Of a DNA stretch of 64,000 nt, positions 25,293-36,156 are shown piece by piece. The position numbers and the translations under genes are program-made. Within the stretch, counting starts at the first letter, position 1. Each line of letters opens with the position of its first letter. The notes beneath the pieces were generated by a model. The model made no database searches, was not told the origin of the DNA, and worked only from the letters and a program-made list of their open reading frames with translations. Source of the DNA: Zygnema circumcarinatum SAG 698-1b (taxonomy: Eukaryota; Plantae; Zygnematophyceae); the NCBI GenBank assembly GCA_037447605.1, contig CM074810.1, positions 1,336,880-1,400,879 on the forward strand. Direction: 5' to 3'.

Positions 25293-25609
25293 GCGGTTAT
25301 TCCCCAGTTGTCACCCTTCAAACTTTCAAGGCCTCCGAACTCCACACTCACTTGGAAGCAAACTAAAAAACGCGAGGACCCAGCCAATCTCGACTCGCCA
25401 CGAAAGCACTTGTGCACACGTGGCGAGCCACCATTTGGAGGAAGGAAAGAAGGAACGCAGGAATGCCCCGCAGGGCTGTTCTGTGATCTCAGTTAGGCCA
25501 CTGTCCCTCCTGCCTGTGTAGCTGCGACTGGAGCATAGAACCAGGTACACAGAACCAGCGCCTTGGACTCCGGCTCTCCCCGGCCTTGCTCCCTCACTCC
25601 CCTCCAGCC

Positions 25610-25825
25610 ATGGCGGTCGCAATGCCCTCCCCCTCCAGCAGGAGAAGGGCGCGCGCACGTGTGGCCTCCATACACGTTCTATGGCTGGTGGCGTCGCTCT
25701 CTATGATGGAGTACGGGCGGCGGCAGATGGCGGGCACGGTGGGGGAGGTGGCGGCGAGGGTGCAGAAGGAGGAGGCCAGGCTGCTAAGGAAGGTGCGCTT
25801 CATGAGGACGGGGGAGGAGGAATAG
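25610..25825 (+). CDS. Putative 71-aa small protein of unknown function, one hydrophobic segment
   Basis: Start context GCCATGG; strongly G/C-ending codons; basic N-terminus, hydrophobic VASIHVLWLVASLSMM, charged tail; divergent from CCZ1. No family recognised. Confidence 0.45.
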   Translation: MAVAMPSPSSRRRARARVASIHVLWLVASLSMMEYGRRQMAGTVGEVAARVQKEEARLLRKVRFMRTGEEE

Positions 25826-27841
25826 CGCGGCTGGTTTGCTGGCAGTGTGGATTAGGTTTTTGGATTCAGCAGATGGAGCGAGGTTTTGGATGACGCAATG
25901 GGAAAATCTGAAGTTTGAATCTCCTGTAATTTGGAACACTGAAGAAGAAAACTCGGGTGGGATGAGGAGAGGTGCTGCCTGAAGCCTGGAATATATGTGG
26001 AAGAGACGGCTCAATGAAATCTTGGCATTGCGGGGAGGGCGAGTCAACGTAGGACTGAAAGCATGACATTGGTATGGTGCGGTAACCCGTTTTGTTGATT
26101 TCGTGGCTTCTCTTCTGAAGTCGCTGTCCACGAGTTGAGAACTTTCTGTTACAGTCTGTGTTGAGAGTTTATGTAGTCACTGGAAAAGGTTCAAGTCGAC
26201 ACCTCCATTCATCCATTGCAGGACATTGTAAAGTAGAGAACAACTGCTTTTTGCTCCATTTCTGTGGAGTACAAAAAAATAGGCAGAAATTAAATTTCAA
26301 TGTAAATTTTATTCTAACGGAAGACTAGTTGGCTCGATCTCTGCCATGCTGTGGTTCCTCCCCTCGTTTCTTTTCTCAAAGAAGGAGACTCTGTTTTGGT
26401 CATTTCAGAAGGATGATCCTATCACTCATTGTACTTGCGACAAGGCTTTCTTCTGCCACTGAAGAGCATCTGCTTCATGTGACACCCTACCACTGCAGAT
26501 ACTCTCATCCCCTATCTGAAGCTGTCCATCTGCGCATGCAGCACATAGGAGCCCCCTTAGGAAGGAAAGTGGCATTGAACTCACGATGGCGAGGCCATCA
26601 AATGTACATGGACAAAAGCAGCATGGGGAAGGAATCACGAGGAACAGGTCGCAAAGGACCTAAGCACAAAAGAAAAAAGCTAGGAGCGGAAAATTACGCC
26701 TCGGCCCCTTAGCTTTCCATACGCATTCGTAATTTTGAACCAGAACCAGTTGCACTAAATGAGCACCAAAATGCATTCAACCTCAGCATGAACAGGGACA
26801 CAACTTTTTCCATCGCTCCAACCAATGCGGCTTAACAAATTTGATAGTGGTTGTTACAAGGCTAAGACAGGTTGTCTTATCAAAGCCATCTTCACCGTTC
26901 ATCGTTCCTGCATTAGTGTGAACCAAAGCCCCACAAACTTTGATGGATGGCGTAATAGAGTAGGCCACACTATTTACGCCAGTCGAGAATTGAATCACGT
27001 ATTCCCTAAAAATATGTTCTTATATTCACACTCATTTTGTACTTATACATAACAAATACACTAAGTAGACAACCCACTCTAATTGCGCCATAGACATTTC
27101 GCCAAACCAGCAACTGGTGCGGGTCACTCTAATTGCATGCTCACACTGAATACGATGACCGATGCGCAAGTGCGCAGTTAAGGGAACATCCGAGAAGGAG
27201 AGGGGTGTGGCATTGATCCGAGAACAGGGAACATCCGAGAATGGTTCATGAAGGACATCAGGGCCTGTCATCTTGAAAAAACTCAGGAAGAATTGCCATT
27301 GTAAAACCCAGGAAGAATTAGCGTTGGTTCTGGCGATGCCGATGCCACCAAAGGTGGACGGACACAAACCGACATGGAGAACCACGAGGAACCGCAAGCA
27401 GAGGAGAACGGGATGAGCTGCACCCGCCAAGGGCGCAGGGACAAGGGCCCCTCGAGGCAGTCCCAGCCAATCAGGCGCTGCCACGGCCGCATCCAACTGG
27501 ACATGTGAGTCAAGCGATCGGATTGATTGATGGGTTCAGGGCTCAAAGCGGGTCCTGAACCCCGCGACGGCGGAACTTGGACTCGACGGTCGTCCAGTGT
27601 CAACGCGCCACGTGTACAAAGTGTACACATGGCGCGTCTCCATTGGACCGTGTTCGGATCTGGCTCGCAGTAGAGGCCTCCCTGCCTGCCTGACCTGTTT
27701 CTCGCCGCCTTTTAGTACCTGCGTCTGCCCATCTGTTCATCTCTTCTTGCTCTGCGCAGCGCAGCGCAGAGCAGAGCAGGACTATGTAGGGATAAAGGTT
27801 GAAGCTTTGCAGCTTAGAAGTTTTGGGGCGCTGTTCTGGCC

Positions 27842-30800
27842 ATGGCATCGTTTAGTCAGCCCGCTTCTGCAAAGATGTTAAGGTCAGCAGTTGGAAGTAG
27901 TATTTCCGAACCGCGTTTGGTGTTGAATGCAGCATTTACAAGGAGCTGTCGTCGAGGCTCTATGGAATGTAGGCTTCGGATAGGCATGAGGCTGCAAAGA
28001 GAAGGGAAGAAGAGCATGAAGCTTCTCAGATTGAAGTACTCAGACTGTGTAAAGTTAAACAGTCCTTTTTTCGATCCTTTCAACAATGGCAGGGCTCGAG
28101 CCAGGAGCTCAGAGCTGGTGCTAATGGATGCAACGGCCCAGGACGCGCAGCAGCAGACTGACTCTCCAGATGCTTCTGAGAAGTCTGCTGAGGAAAGCAG
28201 CTCTGAAGGGCCAGGATACCATCTCGTTACCAGCATGCGGACACCTTACTCTGCTCTCACTATTGTGGATATACCCTCAAATGCTGATGGCTCCTTGGCT
28301 GGAGCAAGGTTGCTTTTGCTGGATGATTCAGGTAAACACTAGTAACCACAAGGCAGTTGCGGGCGCAATCACGCTTTGATGCGTGAGCTTTGTTGTTGGC
28401 TTTATTCTTCTTTCTCGTCTTGTAAAGACTGTTTTTGATCATGTGGTTTACACCTGTTTTAGATCGTCTATGACTTGTGCAGGACACATTCAAAGTCTCT
28501 ACTATGAGGATCGTTTTTGGACAGGCTCGTACTGGGTATGTCACGAATTTGTAGAATAAACCTCGGATCCATGCTTGAATGTTGTGGGTTTTTGCTGAAT
28601 GCCATGTGAGCGGCGGCTGCCTTGTTATGGTTGGCCAAAGTTCTACCGCTGATTAATTATTTTTTTTTAGCTCAAAGCAGGGTTTCCTTTATCATAATGT
28701 TCTGAATTGATGAATTGACAGCCTTATATTGCATATAGATGTTTCGCAGATGTTTGTTGTTTGCCGCACATTGACTTAGAATTTCTTGATCAGAATGCCG
28801 CACTCCTTACCTTAGTTTGCAATTGGTTAGTTGTTAATGTCAGGTTTCATTGCTGCGGGAATTTCGCATTTGACCTTCAACTACGGAATGAAGTCAAAGA
28901 GGTCTAAATGAAATTTATTGTCCTGAAACTTTTGGAAACGTTTTTTAAATGCTGAAACTGCTTCTGAGTGTGAACTTGCGGTCTGTTGCAGGATGAATTC
29001 GCTTCAATCGTTCCACTTCTGCCAGAAGGTCCAGTCGGCTTCCTTGGCCTGGTGTGTGCCTCAAGCTTCGGAGAAACCGGTAGAGGGTGAAGGCAGCTGG
29101 AGAGACTTCCCGGGGATGAATTAATGTGAGGATGACATTCCTTCCGATAATCAACTGACAGAATGAACTTGGACATGTTCCCTTATCGGTGTGTGTGGGT
29201 GGTCCTGTAATGGAATGGAAGGAGGGAGTGAATGGAGATGGATGATACCTGCGGCTCTTGTTTGGCGTTGTTGTTGAGGGCAAGTTTCTCATGGGCAACG
29301 AATTTTCTTATTTATAATCGTGTAAATGTGAGTGGCAGTGGTGTTGGGAATGGTCTCACATTGCGTACAGTGTTTTATGGTTCTTTCACCCCCTCAGTCT
29401 ACATGATTTTGGAACTTATGTTTAACTGTTTAATGTATAATGCGATCATTTATACGATTGGTCAATGTTTCCTTGTCTAACTGATTCATGGCAACAGCAA
29501 CTGAATATAAACTTCTCAAGTCAAGTTGCGAGAATTTGGTATATGTGAGACTTTGCACTGGCGTGATGCTTCTGTGGTCGACTGTTGTAGTTGTCAAGTG
29601 CAAAGTTAGGGACTGTGATGATTCATAAGGTCTCGTTCGTCGTAATGGCGAGTACCAACAAGCCTTGACGACCATCCTTTATATCACCACTCATAACCTG
29701 AGTCCCTTGATTGCTTTTGGCAACACTTCTCTCTGCTTTCAGAGTCTGGGGAAGTAATTGACTTTAAAATTCTTTTGCTCAACCTTTGTCGGAGGTGCAC
29801 TGGCACAGTTGAAGATACTATGAGCATGAAAACCGTTATCGTACTGACAAGGAGTAATTTTCAGATGAATCTCTCTTGTGACTCATAGCTTGCGCCTTTT
29901 TAGTTTTTCATTATGTAATTAGTAATGGCTCCTTGTGTGGTCTGTCTATCGCTTTTCTCCTGGTTTGTCCGTTTCATTCTGCCTGAGCTACTTGAATTGG
30001 GCTGGAAGTCAGGGACGATGATGTATATTTGTAAGGTCTCGTTCGTCGTAATGGCGAGTACCAACAAGCCTTGACGACTATTCTCTATATCACCACCCAT
30101 CGTCTGATGTCCCATGGCTGGCTCCAGTAGTTTTGTTCTTGCTGTCAAGAAACTGCGATGGTTTCCCTCTAATGTTTGAAGTATACTGGTTTTCGCTTGG
30201 TAAACTCTGCAACCGATTGCTTTGCCAGGCAATCACTTGAACGTGCGATGTTTGCTATTCAAGTATCTCTATTCATTTCGAGAGAAGTTTTGAAGAGGAA
30301 ATACCCTCTGCATCCGCTTGTCATGTTGACTTTAATTGGAGATCAAGACAGCAAGCAAGGAATTTTTTTTTTTTTTGTGCAATTTCTGAACCTGATGTGG
30401 CTTCCTTTTGGGACAATTGCAGACTTGTGTGAATAGTGCTTGGTTATGCAGTTATGTTAACGACGGTATAGCTCTACTAGGCCGCAGTATTGTAAGGTAA
30501 TAATGAAATCCTTCCTCGGTGAATTGTATACTTCATCGCTGATTGCTCCTCCATGATTCCCTTTTTCATGCCTGCAGGCAGGTGGAAGCGCAGCGCGTGT
30601 CATGAGGAACTTATGGCCTGCAGTGCATCTTGTGGCCTGGGAGATTGATGAGATCGTAAGTACTTTCATTTGCATACCGTAAAGCTAAACTTTTTTTAAC
30701 ATTTAATAAGTAAATATTCCAAATGTCTCAAAATATTCAATAATTTCTTAGTTAGTAGTCATTAAAGCTTTCATTTGCAGGAATGGTACTTTGTATGAAA

Positions 30801-32144
30801 GCAAGGGCGAAAAGTTTCATCATTCTATACTGCTAACTTTGTGGTTCGTAAATTGTATTCCGCCCGTGATACCTGTTCACCTGAGTTGGTGATGCCTTTT
30901 GTTTCATTCCTAATGCAAGGCTGGGAGACAAAGCTGAGTCTCTCGATTTGATGATTTTTATTTTGTGTCCAGGTGGTCGATATGGCAAGGCAACACCTGG
31001 CGTTAGAAGACTTGGAACAGCCGACTTCAGAGGGTGGCACTTTGACCGTTCACATTGGAGATGCGTTGGCAGAAAGTGCTGTGGTCGATGGGGGCTTCGC
31101 AGGTGAACGTTTGACCTCAAAAGAAGTCGATCCCCTTTGTCTCCAACTACCGTCGTTTAAACGATGGAGCTTGAGTTATAGGAGCAAGAGTTTGTGTTTT
31201 AAAGCAACAATCAGACCCAGAAGTTAAGCATGTGTGAGCTTCTGGGATACAACAAGATGCTATTGGCCACTGTGCATCTTGATTAATTCTGTCGCAGACA
31301 GAGGATTGTACACTTGTTGTCACATTGCTGCCCACTCATTTTACATGTTTGTTTATCTGTGTTTCAGGTTTGGTTGTAGACTTATTTTCTGGTGGACAAG
31401 TGCTTCCCGAGCTTCAGCAGGTTCTGCCCACCCCCCGCCCAATTTTTCGATTGAGCTGGATTCTGCTTCTTCTGAGTTTTCCATGTCTTCGCCATTTTTT
31501 GTATTGTTCAGCCCAAAACCTGACTCTGGTTGTGCCGAGCAACTCGTTCTTACACTCAATCTTACATTTTTTTTCTTGTTCTCATGATGCAAACAGCCAC
31601 AGACATGGGAATTGCTTAAGAGGCGGCTAAAACCAAACGGCCGCATCATGGTGAACTGCGGAGGAAAGACATTGACACCGGCTGCTCGTGAGAGCGGTGC
31701 AAATGAGGCTGATCCAGGAGAAGTAGCATACAAGAATACCCTCTTGTCTCTCTCTGCCGTGTTTCCAGGGCAGGTGAGTAATACGTTTACACATACATGT
31801 TGAAAGTGCGAAGTTCACAGTTTCAAGTGGGGAGGGGCATATGTCTCCATTCGACACATCATGGAGAGAGAGCGAGAGGGGGAGAGGCAGAGCGAGAAAT
31901 AGAGAGAGAGAGGGGAGGGGCATGGGGCGGACTTGCGGCTGCCAGAGGGTAGTTTGCACTGAGAACATGTGCTGAAGGAGATGTTCTCGGTGCTCTATTG
32001 CAGGTGAGTGTCAGAGACATCACGGATGCAGACAGCAACGTGTTGGCCCTCACTGGACCCCTTCCGGACCCTGCCGCCTGGGCGGCAGCACTGCCTGCGC
32101 CGCTCAGCAGGAACCGCAACTTGTGGCGCTTGTCCTGCGCGTGA
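27842..32144 (+). CDS. Plastid-targeted SAM-dependent methyltransferase, spermidine-synthase-like family
   Basis: 8 exons: 27842-28331, 28483-28535, 28992-29051, 30578-30655, 30973-31102, 31368-31420, 31597-31773, 32004-32144. Motifs WTGSYWDEF, GFLGLAGGSAA, WEIDEI, HIGDAL, VVDLF, LKPNGRIMVNC; transit-peptide-like N-terminus. Confidence 0.9.
29608..29707 (+). ncRNA. Box C/D snoRNA, copy 1 (intronic, dual 18S guides)
   Basis: Terminal stem AGGGACT/AGTCCCT; C box GTGATGA 29615-21; guide AGGTCTCGTTCGT 29628-40; D'-like CGTA; C' TTGACGA 29665-71; guide CACCACTCAT 29685-94; D box CTGA 29698-701. Confidence 0.85.
30011..30113 (+). ncRNA. Box C/D snoRNA, copy 2 (intronic, dual 18S guides)
   Basis: Stem GGGAC/GTCCC; C-like ATGATGT 30018-24; identical guide AGGTCTCGTTCGT 30034-46; C' TTGACGA 30071-77; guide CACCACCCAT 30091-100; D box CTGA 30104-07. 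Confidence 0.82.
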
Positions 32145-32969
32145 GCGGAGTCCCTTGCCCTCAAGTAGGGGTGCCGAGGGAGGAGAGAGGGAGGGGGGAG
32201 GTTGTGCCTTCACACGCAATAGAGAGCAAGCTCGTGCCCTCTTTACTGCAGCCACAGTATCACTTGTATCAGATGTACAGTACGTGCTGGAGCACCTTCA
32301 AATGCAGCACTGCAGATCCAGTGCGCAGCCCAAAGGGTTCCTTGTCTCATGAGGTGGTCCTTACGGGCCTGTGCATGTCCATTGGATGAAGAGTATGTTT
32401 TGTGTGTGCATCTATCCTGTGGAAGTTGACCATAGATTCCGTGTATGCATAGGTCGAGGCATCCGTCCATTCCGTTTTGACCACAAGCCACTGCCGCTAC
32501 TAAATTGTTCCTCAAAAAGCTCTGAATACGTGTTAGAGGCAACTACGCAGTAGACCCCCCTCTCCCCCGTGCCTATGACACAGCACAAAACTTTTTAAGA
32601 AGCCAAAGCGAAATACAATAGAAAAAGAAAAATGAAAGTTTCACACCTTTTCTGGCTAGATACACAGAGAGAAGGGTAATATCTGAAAACTCTCCCAATA
32701 GACAGACTTCAAATGCCATATTTGGAAATATCGCCGAAAGATTACCGCCCTGTATCGCCCTTAAAAGGGAGTCCCTTCCACGGAGAGGGCACCGTCGGGC
32801 AAACCCTTCAGTGCCAGCGTGTCCAGATTAAACTAATTACAGTACGCCACGTCAGAAAATCTGCAACGTGGGAGTCCGTGATTGGCCTGCTCCTAATAGG
32901 GCAAACTCGATGGAGTCCCATCCCAAGCCCTTCCCCCCTCCCCCGTCCCTTCGCTCCCTGCTCTCCGCC

Positions 32970-34883
32970 ATGGCTGCCGCAGGCTGCTGCCGCTGCCCCT
33001 TCGCCGCAGCTGCAGCCTCTGCTCCCGAGACCTCTCGGTCTGCCTGTCCACGTGGTGGAAGTTCATTGCTTCAGCGCGTCTCTTTATCTTCAGGCCATGG
33101 CGTCCTTCACAGCAGGCGTCCACGTGGCAGCGTTTCGTGCTCTGCTGTTGGTGTAAGGGCGGAAGTCGACAAGGCAGTGGAGAAGCCTCCAAGGAGCGGA
33201 AAATCGGGTAAAGGCCACTTGTAGAGTTCAGGGTCTTACTTGGGAAGGCTTTTGCTGCAGGAAGCATAGCTGCAAGCTGTAGAAGGAACTTTAGTGCATT
33301 GCATTCTTGCTATCGCTCGGGATTTGGGGTTTCCTCCAAAAAAAAAATTATTATAGCTTATGCGACTGTAGGACTCTTCAAGAATCTCTGTGATTATGGA
33401 ATTTATAGAAAGGTTTGCCCCTTACCTTCTAAACAGGATTAAACCAATCTAAGTTTTTTTTTTGGCACACTGCTGCTTCTGCCGCTTCTCTAGCATTTGC
33501 TCGGATGGTGACTAAATTTCTAAATGTCGTCTAAAAGAAATTGAAGCCAGCACTGCATCTAGTTGTAAACCTCCTTAATGCGTTGAATGCATAGATAAAG
33601 TTTCCCTGTTAGACTGTCTCCAATCCCTTTTCTCTTCCTTTTGCCCTCGCCCTATTCCATCTTCTCTCTGGACCTGGCCTTGATAAGTTCAATCAACTAC
33701 TGCGTAGCTTCACATCACCTTCTAGGACTTTGCGATCAAATACTATTCAGGAGCGTCGTTTTAGCGTTCTCATATTGCAGAAGAAGAGCATAAACAGTGA
33801 TACTAGAGTTCTTCTATTAGCACTTTCTAGGCATTCCCAAGGTGTTCGGAAGAAATCGAGACTTTCTCTGACTTGAGGCAAGTTGGATTGTCCACCCTTC
33901 GTTAATAATCAAAACATAAAAAATTCTGTGAGGTAAACATGCAGGTAGGCGCCCTCTATCTGATCAGGATGAAAGACTGTTTACATCCACAGAACTGAGA
34001 TGAATTGAATTGGTCTTGCGAAAAGTAGCAAGACTCAATAAGCCACTGCCTCACTTGAGATATCGTCTTCTTTTGTGAAATCTAACGTGACAGGCTCTTA
34101 TGTCTGGATGGGTTTGAGCAGGAACAAAATCTGCAAAAAGAGAGCTTGCACCAAAAGGCCCTCTAGTGGAACGCACTGAGGATCCAATGGGATGGAGGGA
34201 GTACCGACCAAAGTTGGATGGAGACGAAAAGGACTTTTGGGAGGGGGCACAATGGAATGGCTTTGGTTTCTTCTTGGAGTACTTGTGGGCTTTTGGAATC
34301 GTTTTTGCTGTGAGTGCTTCCCTGCTTTGCCCCTCTGTTTCTTTTCCCTGTTTTCGTGATGTTGTAAGCTCAAGAGAAGAGAAGAAAAGAGAGAAGAGAA
34401 GAGAAAAAGAGGATAAGAGCATAAGAGGCGGGCCAGTGTTGTTCCAGCCTTAACTTCAAAGCCGGTACATGTCTCTGATGGACGTTTTCAACGACAATGT
34501 ACTCCCCCTTCGATTTTTTCAGAATCTGTGTCTTAGCCAGATGTAAACTGCTGAAGGCTTTATGATTACGTGCGTGAAAACCTAATGATAACTTTTAGCA
34601 TGGTGAGGAATTCTTCTTTGTCTGAAGGAAGATGTTGCGGGTTTGTTAAGTGTTTATTGGCAGTTGCGTCAAAGTTAGATTGATAAGTTTTAGGGTTTTT
34701 AGGGGTTTCATTGTAATAATGCTTTGGTTGCAGGCGGGAGCTTCTCTGTATGCCATTCGGTCGTACAATGATGGAGCCACTGACTTCAAGGAGACAGATG
34801 CATTCAAAGCAGCTTTGGAGAGTGCCAGGGAATCCCCCCAAGAGCTTGCAGACTACCCGGTAGATGATGCCCCACCTTTGTGA
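32970..34883 (+). CDS. Conserved plant chloroplast single-pass membrane protein of unknown function
   Basis: Exons 32970-33207, 34122-34309, 34734-34883. Transit-peptide-like N-terminus, then DFWEGAQWNGFGFFLEYLWAFGIVFA...YNDGATDFKET. I recall this block from a conserved land-plant plastid protein but cannot name it. Confidence 0.8.
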
Positions 34884-36156
34884 GAACAGCCTTGTGCTTT
34901 CTGTATTTTTTTCTGCATCAATTCTTTTTTTTCTTTGTTGGGTTCACTTTTTGAAGAGGCGTAACCGATGGACTATGGACGAGATTAAAGTTCTGTCCTT
35001 ATTTAAAGTGGCAGGCGCAAGCCCTAGATTCTGCCTGTGGGGGGACTCTTTGAAGGTGTGAATCAGAAAACAGTTTGGCAGGGAGGGAGTCGCTTTATGA
35101 GACTCCTTTGAGACCTATTGAAGCTTTTTTTCCTATGTAAGGAATGAGGCTTCCTGTTTTGACATCAGAATCGTAATCGGTGCTATTAAATTACTGCCCC
35201 CTCATCAGTAAGTTGCTGTCAAGTGTCACAGTCGAGCATCATCCAATGGCAATTTGCCACGTGGATGTCGTGTACGTGGCGAGTCGCCATTGGTCGAGTG
35301 CAGTCCGTCTGCTTGCTTGCTGGCTGGCTCCATGCCTTCGCTTCTTTTGTGGGTACCCGCTCGCGCAGGTCCTTGGGACAAAAAGAAAGGAAGGGACAAG
35401 TCTCCACCCTGAAAGAAAAGAAACCAAACGAAACAGTGAAAGCAAGACTCTGAACCATAGAAATTATATGCGGTTTGGGCATATGAAAGATGAATTGTAC
35501 TATCCACCTCTGTATGCGGATAAACTCCACAGCCATGTGAGGAAACACGATGTACATTTCTAGAGCCTGAAGCGTGGTTGAGCCTAGAAACAGATGTCCG
35601 CTCATACCATAGCTTCTTTCTTTTGTCCTCAGGCCCTTTGCGACTAGCTCCTCGTGGTTCCCCATGATGCTGAGTTTGTCCATGTACATGTTGTCTATGA
35701 ATCTGCGCACAACATTGTCCGCCCGCCCACACGAGACCAACACATGGTCAACTTGCAAGCCTCACAACTGGCCGTGCCTAGACAGTAGACCAGACAGACC
35801 GGACACACGACGATGGCCGCCGTACCATTACGTACGGGTTCGTACTGTACCCTCTGGCGCGAGATGTCGGTCCGCCCGCAGGGAGGGAGGGGGGGCGGGT
35901 CTCCATTCAAGGGACCTCGCAAGTGAAGGCCAATCACGGCCTGCCACGTAGGCATGAATACTGACGTGGCAGACTGTGGTTGGTCGGGCTCGACAGAGCC
36001 CCCTTGCGGCTTTGTACTGAGGAAGCCTCGACTCCGGCCGGAGTGCAAGCGATGATGCATCACGGTATGAATCACAGAATTTGCGAAAGAAAAAGAGTGG
36101 CATATGCTCGTTTGCTTCATTGACATTCACTCAGGCAGGGAACGTAGTTGTCTTCG

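Noticed and set aside
29818-29888. Possible third snoRNA between the two copies (stem CTATGAG/CTCATAG, internal CTGA)
   Set aside because: No canonical C or terminal D box, and only a weak 8-nt rRNA-like match.
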